A stretch of DNA of 64,000 bases from Methanobacteriota archaeon. GTDB taxonomy: Archaea; Thermoplasmatota; Thermoplasmata; RBG-16-68-12; JAFNFQ01. The notes beneath the pieces were generated by a model that saw nothing but the letters and a program-made list of their open reading frames with translations, was not told the origin of the DNA and ran no database searches. Positions 1-9,198 of this stretch are shown here, piece after piece (position 1 is the stretch's first letter; each line of letters opens with the position of its first letter). The DNA lies in contig JAFNFQ010000026.1 of assembly GCA_017885655.1 (NCBI GenBank), positions 2,505 through 66,504 of the forward strand, given 5' to 3'. The translations under genes were made by a program, and so were the position numbers.

Positions 1-764
1 ATGTCCTTCTCGAGGGCCAGGGCCTCGTCGCTCGGGTCCGTGCGGTCCTTCAACTCCCAGTTGCCCAGGCCGTCCCACTTCGCCAGGACCCATCCCTCCG
101 GCAGCTCCATCTTGACCCGCTCTTCCATGTACCTGCGCTGGCAGTCATAGCCGCGCTTGTGGCGCTCCTTGAGGGCATCGGAGCCGTGCGCGAATATCCA
201 TTCGGCCTTCACCTTGTCCTCGGCCTCGCGCTTGACCTTCTCTTCGGCATCTCGCTCGGTCTTCTCCTCGGCATTGCGGAAGCGCCGCACGGCATCCTCT
301 GGCGTGTCGGACGAGAAGACGAGCGAGGGCTGCCATGTGTACCCCGCTGTCTCGACCGCCTTGCGCTGAGCCGCCTCGTGCGCCAGGCGCTGTGCCTCGT
401 CTTTCGCCGCCGCCTCGAGCCGTTTCGCCTCGCTTGTCTCGATGTGATCGCGGAAGGCCGCGAGGGCTGCTATCGGGTCCGTACCCGCCAGGACGGCCTC
501 GATGAGGATGTTCTCTATCTTCTGTGTGCTTCCGTAGAAGTATGAGACATCCCATGTCGCCTCGCCTGTCTTCTCCTTCATGCCGCTCAGGAGTGGTGCA
601 TCGAGGGGGAGTTCGACCACGAGCTTCCCTCCGGCATCCAGCGCGATACCTTTGCGAGCCGCGGTCAACCGTTGCGAATCGCTCAGACTGCAGATCGTTT
701 TCACCTTCGTCCCCTGGTCTATCGCCAGGACCGGTGCGGCACTCGCCGCTTCGTTGGTTTCCAT
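1..764 (-). CDS. hypothetical protein, 3'-truncated by window edge (ATG at 762-764; ORF runs off position 1 with no stop)
   Basis: Read by hand in a frame different from track ORF 145..555. No stop over ~250 codons. GC3-rich codon usage like neighbouring genes. Helical, charged protein-like sequence (…WDVSYFYGSTQKIENILIEAVLAGTDPIAALAAFRDHIE…KWDGLGNWELKDRTDPSDEALALEKD). Absent from the ORF track, presumably because there is no in-window stop. Confidence 0.5.
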   Translation of the reverse strand, partial: METNEAASAAPVLAIDQGTKVKTICSLSDSQRLTAARKGIALDAGGKLVVELPLDAPLLSGMKEKTGEATWDVSYFYGSTQKIENILIEAVLAGTDPIAALAAFRDHIETSEAKRLEAAAKDEAQRLAHEAAQRKAVETAGYTWQPSLVFSSDTPEDAVRRFRNAEEKTERDAEEKVKREAEDKVKAEWIFAHGSDALKERHKRGYDCQRRYMEERVKMELPEGWVLAKWDGLGNWELKDRTDPSDEALALEKD

Positions 765-841
765 TGTCTCACTCTCGGGGCACTTGCCCTGGTGCGGGTA
801 TGCACTAATGCACTATAAGCCCTATGGTGCCTTACGCCCTA

Positions 842-1000
842 ATGCACGGTGAAACCTTGACGGACTCCATGGAGCGAGTCGTGACGTACTTCAACAAGCA
901 GGAGACCGCGAAGCTCAGGGAGTACGCGAAGCGCAAGAACATCTCCATGTATGCCCTGGCGAAGCGGGCGATCTTCGAGTACGTTGAGCGGCACCCCTGA
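842..1000 (+). CDS. small ribbon-helix-helix (CopG/Arc-like) DNA-binding protein, 52 aa
   Basis: ATG 842, TGA 998-1000. MHGETLTDSMERVVTYFNKQETAKLREYAKRKNISMYALAKRAIFEYVERHP. Beta-strand then two helices, typical of RHH. Below the 60-aa track cutoff. Confidence 0.4.
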   Translation: MHGETLTDSMERVVTYFNKQETAKLREYAKRKNISMYALAKRAIFEYVERHP

Positions 1001-1186
1001 TTGTCTCACGCCATGAAAAAGGGAAAGGTGCCCCGCCCTTCCGAGCGGGGCTTGACGTGGGGACGGGACAGGACAGCGAGTCTATGGAGCGTTCCCGTTT
1101 TATCGGCCCGATTTCGGCGGGCTAAAGAACTTTCGCAGCGCGAAATCACGGACCGCCATCAAGGGCGCGAGGAAGAAAGGCAACAC

Positions 1187-1441
1187 TCATTCTCTGCGCC
1201 GCGGTGGTATTTCACGCTCAAGCAGAACCAGCTCTCCCCGCCGCATCTGCAAATACCCCGCCACAATGAGAGCAAGGCCTGCCGCCAGCGGAATCAGCAA
1301 CCATACCAAGACGTCCGCCGGCGTGAGGATTATCGCGATCGCCGAAATGAAAAGAAGGACTATGCCGAACGAGCCGAGGACTATTCCCTGCATGCGAAGC
1401 CTATCATCCATCGGCGCGGGGGGTCTCTGTCTGCTTCTCAC
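1187..1441 (-). CDS. small membrane protein (2 predicted TM helices), hypothetical
   Basis: 84-aa ORF with two hydrophobic stretches (IVLGSFGIVLLFISAIAIILT / VWLLIPLAAGLALIVAGYL). Competes with a low-quality plus-strand ORF. Confidence 0.3.
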   Translation of the reverse strand: MRSRQRPPAPMDDRLRMQGIVLGSFGIVLLFISAIAIILTPADVLVWLLIPLAAGLALIVAGYLQMRRGELVLLEREIPPRRRE

Positions 1442-1552
1442 AGTGGTCGGGACCCTCAGAGTTCCAAGGTTTATTAATGTACTCCGCTGAATGCAGGGAT
1501 TTGGCGGGCGAGAAGCTTAAGACCGAGTGCACACTCCCTGTGACGGGTCAGC

Positions 1553-2476
1553 ATGAAGCGTGACTTGATTTCAATCGTGGATGTGGAGAAAGATCTCATC
1601 GCCCTTCTCGAGCTCAGTCAGAGCCTCAAGAACAGGAGCATGGCCGGACAGATTTCCGAGTCATTGAAGGGGCAGAGCCTGGCGATGATCTTCGAGAAGC
1701 CCAGCACCAGAACAAGGGTCTCCTTCGAAGTCGCGATGACGGAACTCGGCGGACATGCCCTATACCTGAGTACCGCGGACCTCCAGCTGGGCAGGGGGGA
1801 GACGATCGCCGACACGGCGCGCGTGCTGAGCAGATATGTGGACGGCATAGTGTACAGGGCGTTCAAGCATCAGGACATGCTCGAATTGGCACGTCATTCC
1901 ACGGTCCCTGTGATCAACGCCCTTGACGATCTGGAGCACCCCTGCCAGATACTCGCAGACCTGTTGACGGTGAAGGAGAAGAAAGGTGAAATGAAAGGGC
2001 TCAAGCTCGCCTATGTCGGCGATGGAAATAACGTCTGCAACTCGCTACTTCTTGGGTGCGCTCTCCTGGGAATGAATATGACGGTGGGCTGCCCCGAAGA
2101 CTACAGTCCGGACGAGCGCATACTCGAGACGGCGAAACGCATCGCGGCGCAGTATGGCGGTGGGGTGGAGATTGTCGAGGATCCAATGCTCGCCGTTAAG
2201 GGGGCAGATGTGGTCTATACTGATGTCTGGGTATCGATGGGTGCTGAGAAGGAAAGAAGGCGACGGGAGAAGGCTTTCAGGGACTACCAGGTCAATTCGC
2301 AGCTCGTGTCTGCTGCGAAGGACGACTGCATCGTGATGCACTGCCTCCCAGCGCACCGAGGCAAGGAAATCACGGACGATGTGTTCGACGGTCCACATTC
2401 TGTCGTCCTCGATGAGGCAGAGAATCGATTGCACGCGCAGAAGGCGGTGCTCGTGCACCTCCTTGGCGGGACATGA
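1553..2476 (+). CDS. argF: ornithine carbamoyltransferase
   Basis: STRTR carbamoyl-phosphate motif, DxxxSMG, HCLPAHRG(K)E ornithine-binding motif. 307 aa. Confidence 0.85.
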   Translation: MKRDLISIVDVEKDLIALLELSQSLKNRSMAGQISESLKGQSLAMIFEKPSTRTRVSFEVAMTELGGHALYLSTADLQLGRGETIADTARVLSRYVDGIVYRAFKHQDMLELARHSTVPVINALDDLEHPCQILADLLTVKEKKGEMKGLKLAYVGDGNNVCNSLLLGCALLGMNMTVGCPEDYSPDERILETAKRIAAQYGGGVEIVEDPMLAVKGADVVYTDVWVSMGAEKERRRREKAFRDYQVNSQLVSAAKDDCIVMHCLPAHRGKEITDDVFDGPHSVVLDEAENRLHAQKAVLVHLLGGT

Positions 2477-2549
2477 GGCTTGCTGCGGAGTGTCGGCGCC
2501 AACTCCTTGTCGGCCACTGCTGCAATGCGTCTGCGAGAGGTTGCCCAGA

Positions 2550-3098
2550 ATGCCCTTGACGCCTCTCCATCTTGCCCCCGCCTGGAGCGTTTTCCTCACC
2601 GCGCGGAGGAAGTGGAGCTTCGCGGGGTTGAGCATTGGGAGCGTTATTCCGGACGCGGAAATCCCAATCCTCTACGCAACGGGTATTGAGACGCAGACGG
2701 GACATGGAATCATGCACTCACTCTTGGGTGCTCTGACATTCGACGCCATGTTGGCGGTCCTGGCCGTATACCTGTTGTACCCTGCATTGGCGGGATGGTG
2801 GGAAGGTCGATTCGGAACGAAATGGGTCCACTTCGGCGGGGTCGATGTTGGCGACATCGACAAGCTGCCGCGCGTGATTGCAGGCGTCTATGCTGGGATT
2901 GTATTACATGTCGGCGTGGACTTCCTGACCCACACTTCGATGCCGTACCTCTGGCCCTTCGCTGAACCTGTGAGCACCTTCAGCTTTGCGAGGGACTTCT
3001 GGTGGCTCATCTTGGTCAACATGATCCTGTTGGCAGCTCTCCTTGCCCTGCTGCGCATCCACCTCGGGAGGATGGAGGACACCGCGCCAGGGAAATGA
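2550..3098 (+). CDS. DUF457/YdjM-like membrane-bound metal-dependent hydrolase (putative)
   Basis: Internal ATG at 2550 after the argF stop. MPLTPLHLAPAW… N-terminus, His-rich motifs (HVGVDFLTHTSMPYLWPF), several TM segments. The track ORF start at 2379 overlaps argF and is rejected. Confidence 0.5.
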   Translation: MPLTPLHLAPAWSVFLTARRKWSFAGLSIGSVIPDAEIPILYATGIETQTGHGIMHSLLGALTFDAMLAVLAVYLLYPALAGWWEGRFGTKWVHFGGVDVGDIDKLPRVIAGVYAGIVLHVGVDFLTHTSMPYLWPFAEPVSTFSFARDFWWLILVNMILLAALLALLRIHLGRMEDTAPGK

Positions 3099-3105
3099 CG
3101 GAGCC

Positions 3106-4674
3106 CTAGGCGCTCGAGAAGAACTGCCTCAGCACCGGGTGCATTTCCATCATCTGCTCTCTTCCTATCGCCTCGTACATCTGGATGATGATGCCTACGG
3201 CCAGCAAGACCCCTGTGCCGCTCGCATTGCCGACAGTCCCTATCATGTCAGCTACGGCCGCCAGCGCCCCCACGCCAGCTCCGCTAATCACCGTCACGAC
3301 AGGTATGTACCTTTCCAAGACACGTTTGAGCACCCTCGGGTCTCGGCGGAACCCCGGTATCTGCATCCCGCTGCTTTCTATTTGCTCCGCGACTGCCTCG
3401 GGGCCCATATTTGTTGTCTCGATCCAGAACTTCGCAAACATGACAGACCCGCCGACCATCACGGACAGCCAGACGCACAGATGCAATGCGACCTGCCAAT
3501 AGGCGTGTCCCCTGAGGTATGTGCCATACCTCTGCGGGTTCAGCAACGGCAGTAGCCAGTCAGAAAGCCCGTTGATCGAGGAAAGATAGTAGGCGGCACC
3601 CGAGATAGGCGTCGTCTGCTGTATCAGGCCGCCCGTTACTAAAGGATCGCTCGCGGATGGATAGCCGCCTAACCACCATTGCCTGCCGACAAGCGGCCAC
3701 TCCGGATGTTGCCAGAAAAGCAGCGAGAACATGCTCACGTTGGCAAGGACCGCCGCGACCAGTATGATGGGGATGTTGGACGCATACATGAGGCGTATGG
3801 GATAACGTCCTCGCGCACCTCGGGCAGCGCCGTGCGCGAGGGGCAGTTCTATGCGCGTCGATTCAACATAGGCCACCGCGAGGAATATGATGACGGTTCC
3901 GACCAGCGCGACCACTGGGTTGGGATTCGAGAGGAGGATAGTCTCATAGCCTCCGCTGGCCAGCTGATCCGCCCTGAAGTTCCCTAGGTAGAAGAGCGTC
4001 TTCGGGATTGTGCCGGTCGGAACGCCTTGGCTCACCTCCCAGTTGAACGTCCCCGTGAATATCTGCTGCGCCACGCCGGCCGCGATGAATAGGGAAATTC
4101 CGCTCCCTATGCCCCATTTCGACACGACTTCATCCATGAGGAAAACGAGGTAGCTGCCCGCAAATAGCTGGAAGATTATGATGAACTGCGCCAGGAGATG
4201 TCCGTTGCCCGGAGAGAACCTCTCGAGACCTCCGGTGAAGCTGGCAGATGGCGTCAGAAAGCCGAACACCTGCGGAATCGCCTCGACGAAGATCATGATG
4301 ATGACCAGTAGCTTCTGAGTGCCCTGGTAGACTGACTTGTCCTCGTCGTCCTTCAGATCCAGCTTGATGATCTTCGCGCCGGCGAAGAGCTGCATGATGA
4401 TCGAGCCGGTGACTATGGGGCCTATGCCTAGATGCATCAGGGACCCCTGGGCCCCCGCCATGATCGCGCGCAGGCTCGAGAAGAAGTCTATGGTCTGCGT
4501 TTTATCCAAACCGTAGATGAAGATGTTCGTCATGACGAAGTACAGGACTAGAATCAGTAAAACCCACATCATCTTCGTCCGGAAGTGGACGTGGCCCTCA
4601 GGCCTAGTCACAGCCGGCAGCCTGTCGGTCACCGGCTTCAGCTTGTAGAGCAGGCTCTTCCTTTCTTCTGCCAT
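3106..4674 (-). CDS. secY: preprotein translocase subunit SecY
   Basis: 522 aa, 10 TM, conserved SecY segments (GIGPIVTGSIIMQLFAGAKII; plug/hinge regions). Terminal gene of the r-protein operon. Confidence 0.95.
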   Translation of the reverse strand: MAEERKSLLYKLKPVTDRLPAVTRPEGHVHFRTKMMWVLLILVLYFVMTNIFIYGLDKTQTIDFFSSLRAIMAGAQGSLMHLGIGPIVTGSIIMQLFAGAKIIKLDLKDDEDKSVYQGTQKLLVIIMIFVEAIPQVFGFLTPSASFTGGLERFSPGNGHLLAQFIIIFQLFAGSYLVFLMDEVVSKWGIGSGISLFIAAGVAQQIFTGTFNWEVSQGVPTGTIPKTLFYLGNFRADQLASGGYETILLSNPNPVVALVGTVIIFLAVAYVESTRIELPLAHGAARGARGRYPIRLMYASNIPIILVAAVLANVSMFSLLFWQHPEWPLVGRQWWLGGYPSASDPLVTGGLIQQTTPISGAAYYLSSINGLSDWLLPLLNPQRYGTYLRGHAYWQVALHLCVWLSVMVGGSVMFAKFWIETTNMGPEAVAEQIESSGMQIPGFRRDPRVLKRVLERYIPVVTVISGAGVGALAAVADMIGTVGNASGTGVLLAVGIIIQMYEAIGREQMMEMHPVLRQFFSSA

Positions 4675-5127
4675 CTACTCTCCCTTTTGGATCTCCTGAA
4701 CCGTCGTTATGACCTTGCCTCCAGCTGCCTCAACCTTACTCTTCGCGGATTCGGTCGCCTCGGCGACAATCACCTCGAGAGGCAGGTTCGCCCTTCCGGC
4801 ACCGAGCAACTTGTCGATGCCGATCATAGTCAGGTCCACCTTGTAGCCAGCATCCGTCTTGTGCACCGCGCCCTTCAATCCGAACTCCGCAAGCCTGTCT
4901 TCTATGTCTCCGACATTGACGGACAGCTTCGCTTTCCTAGTCGCCGCATGGCGGACGAAACCGTGGGCGCCGAAGTGATCCGGGTCGTATTTGATCATCC
5001 ACTTGAACTTGTGTTTGTGCAGTCCGGCGTTTCCACGGCCTCCCCTGTCGCCAGCGCCCCTGCCATGCTTCTTCCCCCTGCCGTGCGTCCTGCTCCCCCT
5101 CAGCTTCTTTGTCCTGGACACCATCAC
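4675..5127 (-). CDS. rpl15: 50S ribosomal protein L15 (uL15)
   Basis: Gly/Arg/His-rich N-terminus (RTHGRGKKHGRGAGDRGGRGNAG), operon position after L30. Confidence 0.9.
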   Translation of the reverse strand: MMVSRTKKLRGSRTHGRGKKHGRGAGDRGGRGNAGLHKHKFKWMIKYDPDHFGAHGFVRHAATRKAKLSVNVGDIEDRLAEFGLKGAVHKTDAGYKVDLTMIGIDKLLGAGRANLPLEVIVAEATESAKSKVEAAGGKVITTVQEIQKGE

Positions 5128-5603
5128 TTCTCAACCCCGAGCATCCTGGTCAGCAAGTTGTCTATCTCCTTCCCTCTGTAGCCGAGGTCACCGCCTGCGC
5201 CGTAAGGGCGCTTGACACTCTTGTATCCCTTCAGTGGCGGATGGAGGCGGAGGACGGGCTTCAGTCCCTCAACATCCCGGGGGCTGGCTTCGCCTTTGGA
5301 CAGCGCCTGCGTGAAATCCCAAATTGAAGAGTATTTGGAATGTGCCTTGACATATGCGTCGTTGAGACCCTCGTCCCCTTCGACATGTCCTCTCCTCAGA
5401 AGCACCCTTGCTATGATTTGGGGCGTGACCTCACCCCATGTAACATAGTCTTTGACCTTCCTGAGCATGCCGCGCGTCGACGGCGTGTCTGCCAGAATGA
5501 CACAATGGTTTGCCCTCGTGAGGCGCAGCATCTTGAGAGTGTCGACGACCGTCTGCCGGGCAAGGACAGTTCCCCTGATGCGTACGGCAGCGATCGCCAT
5601 CAC
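5124..5603 (-). CDS. rpl30: 50S ribosomal protein L30 (uL30)
   Basis: MMAIAAVRIRGTV…TLKMLRL motif. ATGA overlap with S5 stop. Confidence 0.9.
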   Translation of the reverse strand: MMAIAAVRIRGTVLARQTVVDTLKMLRLTRANHCVILADTPSTRGMLRKVKDYVTWGEVTPQIIARVLLRRGHVEGDEGLNDAYVKAHSKYSSIWDFTQALSKGEASPRDVEGLKPVLRLHPPLKGYKSVKRPYGAGGDLGYRGKEIDNLLTRMLGVEK

Positions 5604-6412
5604 TTCTCACTTCCATTCTTGGTGCTTTCGGGGGGTGCCTCGCTGGCAACATTCTCCGCGGGCGGAGGCGCTTCTCCTTCCGGAGCAACACCGGCGGGGA
5701 CGCCCACTCCGGCTTGGGAGTAGACGAACACCTTCTCGGCTCCTGACCTTATTCGGAGCCTCGACGCCTGGTCGTCGCTCACCCTCATGAGTGACGTTTG
5801 TTTGAGGGCGTCGAATGCGGCGAGAGCGAAGTTGACCGTGGTCTTGGTATGCCCTCTGGCGAAAGCCCATGCGTCTTTTATGCCCGCAAGTCGCATGATG
5901 CTCTTGGCGACATCGCCGACGGCAATGCCTACGCCCTGGGGTGCCGGCTTGAGGACGACTTCGACAGAACCGGATCTGCCAATGACCTTGAACGGGAACG
6001 AATGGGAGCGGTAGCACCCGCATTCCCAGGACCCACAACCCCTCTTGACCTCGATGATGCTCAGTTTTGCCATGTCGATTGCCTTGCGGATGGCGGGCCC
6101 GACCTCCTTTCCCCTCGCCCTTCCGACCCCGACGAAGCCGTCGCTATTACCCGCGACGCATGTTATGGCGAAGTTGACTCTGCGGCCGGAGTCGGTCATC
6201 CTCTGCACCATGTTGACATCGAGAACCTCATCCTCGATCTCGGGCAGCAATATGTCCACTATCTCGGGCTCGCGGAGGGGCAGTCCGCTCCGGAACGCTT
6301 CGCTCATTGTGGTGATTTCCCCTCTGAAGACCATTTGCCCTAGCTTCGTCTTCGGGACCCACTGGCGGGTTCGGTCTTCTCTTGCTCTCCCAGAGCCTCG
6401 GCCTTGCATCAC
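5600..6412 (-). CDS. rps5: 30S ribosomal protein S5 (uS5) with low-complexity C-terminal tail
   Basis: S5 dsRBD and C-terminal domain motifs (GRRVNFAITCVAGNSDGFVGVGRARGKEV…GIKDAWAFARGHT). Start overlaps L18 stop (ATGA). A/P/E-rich ~50-aa C-terminal extension. Confidence 0.9.
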   Translation of the reverse strand: MMQGRGSGRAREDRTRQWVPKTKLGQMVFRGEITTMSEAFRSGLPLREPEIVDILLPEIEDEVLDVNMVQRMTDSGRRVNFAITCVAGNSDGFVGVGRARGKEVGPAIRKAIDMAKLSIIEVKRGCGSWECGCYRSHSFPFKVIGRSGSVEVVLKPAPQGVGIAVGDVAKSIMRLAGIKDAWAFARGHTKTTVNFALAAFDALKQTSLMRVSDDQASRLRIRSGAEKVFVYSQAGVGVPAGVAPEGEAPPPAENVASEAPPESTKNGSEK

Positions 6413-6909
6413 AGAGCCTCCAACTTTGCCTTCACGTCTTTAAAGGCTTTCATCACGTTCTCACCAAGGTGTTTACCCTCAAGCCTGTCCGCCGACGGCA
6501 GCACCTCTTCGTCGTGCGGGATTTCGATGCCGGCGTCCAGGAGTCCTTTGAGACATGCAAAGACCCGTGAGCCCTTCGTGGGAGCGTTGAGTCCGATATC
6601 GAGCACGGCCGACTCAATCCCTCGCGCTTTTGCCCTCTTGCCAGCAAGAAGACCGGTAAGGTATGCCGCCGGCAGGTTGCCCGTCGCGGAACCCCATCCG
6701 TAACGCACGAGTTCCCTGCTGAACGCGGACGCGACGGTCCTGTCGCCATCGGGATTATAGACGACTATCTGCACGATTGCGTTCTGGAGGCTTTTCCGGA
6801 ACACCGCCCTGGGTGCATTTCCCTTCAAGAGACCCAGCCTCTTGCGGTAGTCCGTCTTGCCATCCCTTCTTCTCCGGAAGGGCACCTTCGTCCTCGGCCC
6901 CTGCGTCAC
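6409..6909 (-). CDS. rpl18: 50S ribosomal protein L18 (uL18)
   Basis: KVPFRRRRDGKTDYRKRLGLLK N-terminal motif. Proposed GTG start at 6907-6909 forms a GTGA overlap with the L19e stop. The track ORF (to 7086) would overlap L19e by 180 nt and is rejected. Confidence 0.8.
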   Translation of the reverse strand: MTQGPRTKVPFRRRRDGKTDYRKRLGLLKGNAPRAVFRKSLQNAIVQIVVYNPDGDRTVASAFSRELVRYGWGSATGNLPAAYLTGLLAGKRAKARGIESAVLDIGLNAPTKGSRVFACLKGLLDAGIEIPHDEEVLPSADRLEGKHLGENVMKAFKDVKAKLEAL

Positions 6910-7373
6910 TTCTTCGCCTCCTTGAGGTGGCCCGCGGCCCTGATCTGTTGCTCGAGGTGCGCCTTGTTCTTGAACATCCCGCCCTTCGCCTGCATGTAGA
7001 GAATGCGGTAGGTGCTCTTGTCCACCTTGCCCTGCTCCTTCAGTTCCCGCAGTCTCTGTCTGAGAGGCCGGATTGTCCTGATCCATGCATCCTTCTTGGG
7101 CATCCGGGCTCGGGCCGCGCCCTGGCGTGTTCCGTGCCCCCTTCTGCGGCCTTTCGCCTTCTGCGCCGTTATGTAGTGCTTCCTTGCGCTCGAGATGCCC
7201 TTGACGGGAAGCTTGGCTATGGTACCCGATCGAATTGCCGTCCTTATGTCCGCCCTTGTGATTGCATCCTCAAGATCCTCGACCTTGTCAGGGTTCATCC
7301 AGACGCGGTGAATTCCGCACTTGAGCAGTTTTGCCGCCATTCGCCTCTGATTCCTAAGATCCACTCGAACCAC
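6906..7373 (-). CDS. rpl19e: 50S ribosomal protein L19e (eL19)
   Basis: DLRNQRRMAAKLLKCGIHRVWMNP… conserved L19e N-terminus. Arg/Lys-rich C-terminus. Confidence 0.9.
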   Translation of the reverse strand: MVRVDLRNQRRMAAKLLKCGIHRVWMNPDKVEDLEDAITRADIRTAIRSGTIAKLPVKGISSARKHYITAQKAKGRRRGHGTRQGAARARMPKKDAWIRTIRPLRQRLRELKEQGKVDKSTYRILYMQAKGGMFKNKAHLEQQIRAAGHLKEAKK

Positions 7374-8097
7374 TCCTGTTCAGCACCCTGATGCCCTTTT
7401 CGGCGGCGGCTTCCTCGATCAGCTTCCTCTTTCTCATCCCGACCGCGTGCGCGATCCTGACTGCTTCCTTGGCTGGATCGACGCCCTCCAGCTGCGCGGG
7501 GTTGTGTACGAGGACCTCCTTGAAGCCCGAGGGGTGCAGCCCCCTGGTCTTCTTGGGTCCCCTGTATCCGATTGAGACGACGTTGATCCTGTACTTGAAG
7601 TGCCTCCTGAGCTTCGATTGGCCGCCTTGTGGCCTTCGCCACTTCAGACCGAGCTTCTTGTACCTGAACCACTCCTGTCTGAGGAAGGTCGGGCGCTTCC
7701 TCGCGATCTTGTCTCGCAGGGCGAGCTGCCGGCTCCTCTCTTCGCTCGCGGCGGGCTTGATTTTCGGCACATAGGCTCCCTCCTCTTTGATCTCGACCGC
7801 GCCTTCTTCCTTCTCACCCTTCGCCTTCTCCTTCTTCTGCGCTTTGGGCGGATGCTTATCCAGATGCTCGAGAAGACGGTGACGGAGCTCATCGACCTTG
7901 CCCTCCGCGTCCAAACCGAGCTCCTTGCAGAACCCGACCAACTCTGCCTTCTTCGCTTTCTTCACGGCCTCGAGGGTTATGACGGTGCGCGCGGGTTTTT
8001 CGGTCTCGCGCTTCGCGGTCGTGGGTGTCTTCTCATGGTCCGTCTTCTTGGCGGCAATGCCCTTATCGCGCGCCGGCGCCTTTTTCTCTTCGGCCAT
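7354..8097 (-). CDS. rpl32e: 50S ribosomal protein L32e (eL32) with ~100-aa Lys-rich N-terminal extension containing a SAP-like motif
   Basis: Core FLRQEWFRYKKLGLKWRRPQGGQSKLRR…GYRGPKKTRGLHPSGF. N-terminal extension with ELVGFCKELGLDAEGKVDELRHRLLEHL (SAP helix-loop-helix-like). Confidence 0.85.
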   Translation of the reverse strand: MAEEKKAPARDKGIAAKKTDHEKTPTTAKRETEKPARTVITLEAVKKAKKAELVGFCKELGLDAEGKVDELRHRLLEHLDKHPPKAQKKEKAKGEKEEGAVEIKEEGAYVPKIKPAASEERSRQLALRDKIARKRPTFLRQEWFRYKKLGLKWRRPQGGQSKLRRHFKYRINVVSIGYRGPKKTRGLHPSGFKEVLVHNPAQLEGVDPAKEAVRIAHAVGMRKRKLIEEAAAEKGIRVLNRSGSSGS

Positions 8098-8645
8098 CAG
8101 GGCACCTCCCCTGGCTTGACGACTATGTAGACTCCATCTTGGAAGACCCGTGGGTCGAAGTTCTTGATCTTGGTCGCCCGCTCGATGTTCGCAGCTGATT
8201 GGCCAACATCCTCAATGTCGTGGCCGGTGAGAATGACCTGATCCCCTTTTACCTCGACCTGCGTCTCGCCCATGATCCGCGCCCTGCGCGGGAATTTTTC
8301 CCCCAAGAAATTCTCTATGACGAATCCCCTATCCTTGACGATCAGTTTCATCGGGAAGTGGCTGTAGACCATCTTCATCTCACATCTGAAGCCGTCTGTG
8401 ACTCCGACGATCATGTTCCTGATGTGCGCAGAGAACGTGCCGACCAACGCCTTCTCGCGCCTGCTTGGCATCTCGCTACTGATCGTGATGTGGTTTCCAG
8501 AGACGGCGAGCTTCACACGCGGGTGCCAGAGCCTCCTGGATAGCTTGATGCCCTTGGCCGAGACCGTGATGACATGCCCTTGGATGCTCGCCTTCATCCC
8601 CGAAGGGACCTCGATTATTTCTTCCACTTTCCCGGCGACTGTCAT
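8097..8645 (-). CDS. rpl6: 50S ribosomal protein L6 (uL6)
   Basis: Internal ATG (8643-8645) MTVAGKVEEIIEVPSGM…; 182 aa, two L6 alpha/beta repeats. The track ORF extension to 8975 overlaps S8 and is rejected. Confidence 0.9.
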   Translation of the reverse strand: MTVAGKVEEIIEVPSGMKASIQGHVITVSAKGIKLSRRLWHPRVKLAVSGNHITISSEMPSRREKALVGTFSAHIRNMIVGVTDGFRCEMKMVYSHFPMKLIVKDRGFVIENFLGEKFPRRARIMGETQVEVKGDQVILTGHDIEDVGQSAANIERATKIKNFDPRVFQDGVYIVVKPGEVP

Positions 8646-8653
8646 GTTATCCC

Positions 8654-9043
8654 TCAGTAAACGAAGGCGAGTAGTTTCCCGCCAATCCCCTTCTCCTTTG
8701 CGATGGCCTGCGATATCACTCCCTGCGTAGTGGTCAGAATCAACAGCCCGAAATCCTGGGCAGGCAGGTACCTGGCCTCCCACTTTTCCAGCTCGCTCCT
8801 GCGCACCGCGAATCGCGGCTTGATCACGCCACAGTTGTTGATGCTGCCTTTGAGTGCTACCAGATAACGGCCGCCCTTCCCGTCCTCGACGAACTCGAAG
8901 CCCGTGATGTAGCCGTGTTCCTGCATGACCTTCAGCACTCTGCCTACAAGCTTCGAGGCCGGCCGTAGGACGCACTTGCCCTTCCCGGTCGTCTCGGCGT
9001 TCTTCATCGCCACCATTGCGTCGTTAAGCGGGTCCTGCAGCAA
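8654..9043 (-). CDS. rps8: 30S ribosomal protein S8 (uS8)
   Basis: …DPLNDAMVAMKNAETTGKGKCVLRPASKLVGRVLKVMQEHGYI… Proposed TTG start at 9041-9043 (M-LQDPLND), 8 nt after the S14 stop. The track ORF N-terminus is an out-of-frame overlap of S14. Confidence 0.8.
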   Translation of the reverse strand: MLQDPLNDAMVAMKNAETTGKGKCVLRPASKLVGRVLKVMQEHGYITGFEFVEDGKGGRYLVALKGSINNCGVIKPRFAVRRSELEKWEARYLPAQDFGLLILTTTQGVISQAIAKEKGIGGKLLAFVY

Positions 9044-9051
9044 TCTATCAC

Positions 9052-9198
9052 CTAGGAGTATTTCCTGAATCCAAGCTCGAATGCAATCTCTCTGAAACAC
9101 TGGCGGCACAGATGCATGCCGTAACGTCTCACTATTCCCCTCTTGCGCCCGCACCTGTTGCAGCCAATCTTCCTGCCGAATTGTTTCCTCGGCTTCAC
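9052..9198 (-). CDS. rps14: 30S ribosomal protein S14 type Z (uS14, zinc-binding), 48 aa
   Basis: Not in ORF track (<60 aa). Hand translation [48 protein letters not shown] with CxxC…CxxC zinc knuckle. GTG start overlaps L5 stop (GTGA). Confidence 0.8.
   Translation of the reverse strand: MKPRKQFGRKIGCNRCGRKRGIVRRYGMHLCRQCFREIAFELGFRKYS

Noticed and set aside
145-555. Track ORFs 145..555(-), 159..545(+) and others in the first 800 bp
   Set aside because: They are out of frame relative to the stop-free, codon-biased minus-strand frame I read by hand (ATG 764 running to the window edge). Their Arg/Gly-rich low-complexity translations are typical of wrong-frame reads of high-GC coding DNA.
2045-2635. 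196-aa minus ORF and other ORFs overlapping argF
   Set aside because: They are antisense or out of frame to the OTCase gene, which has definitive STRTR/HCLP motifs.
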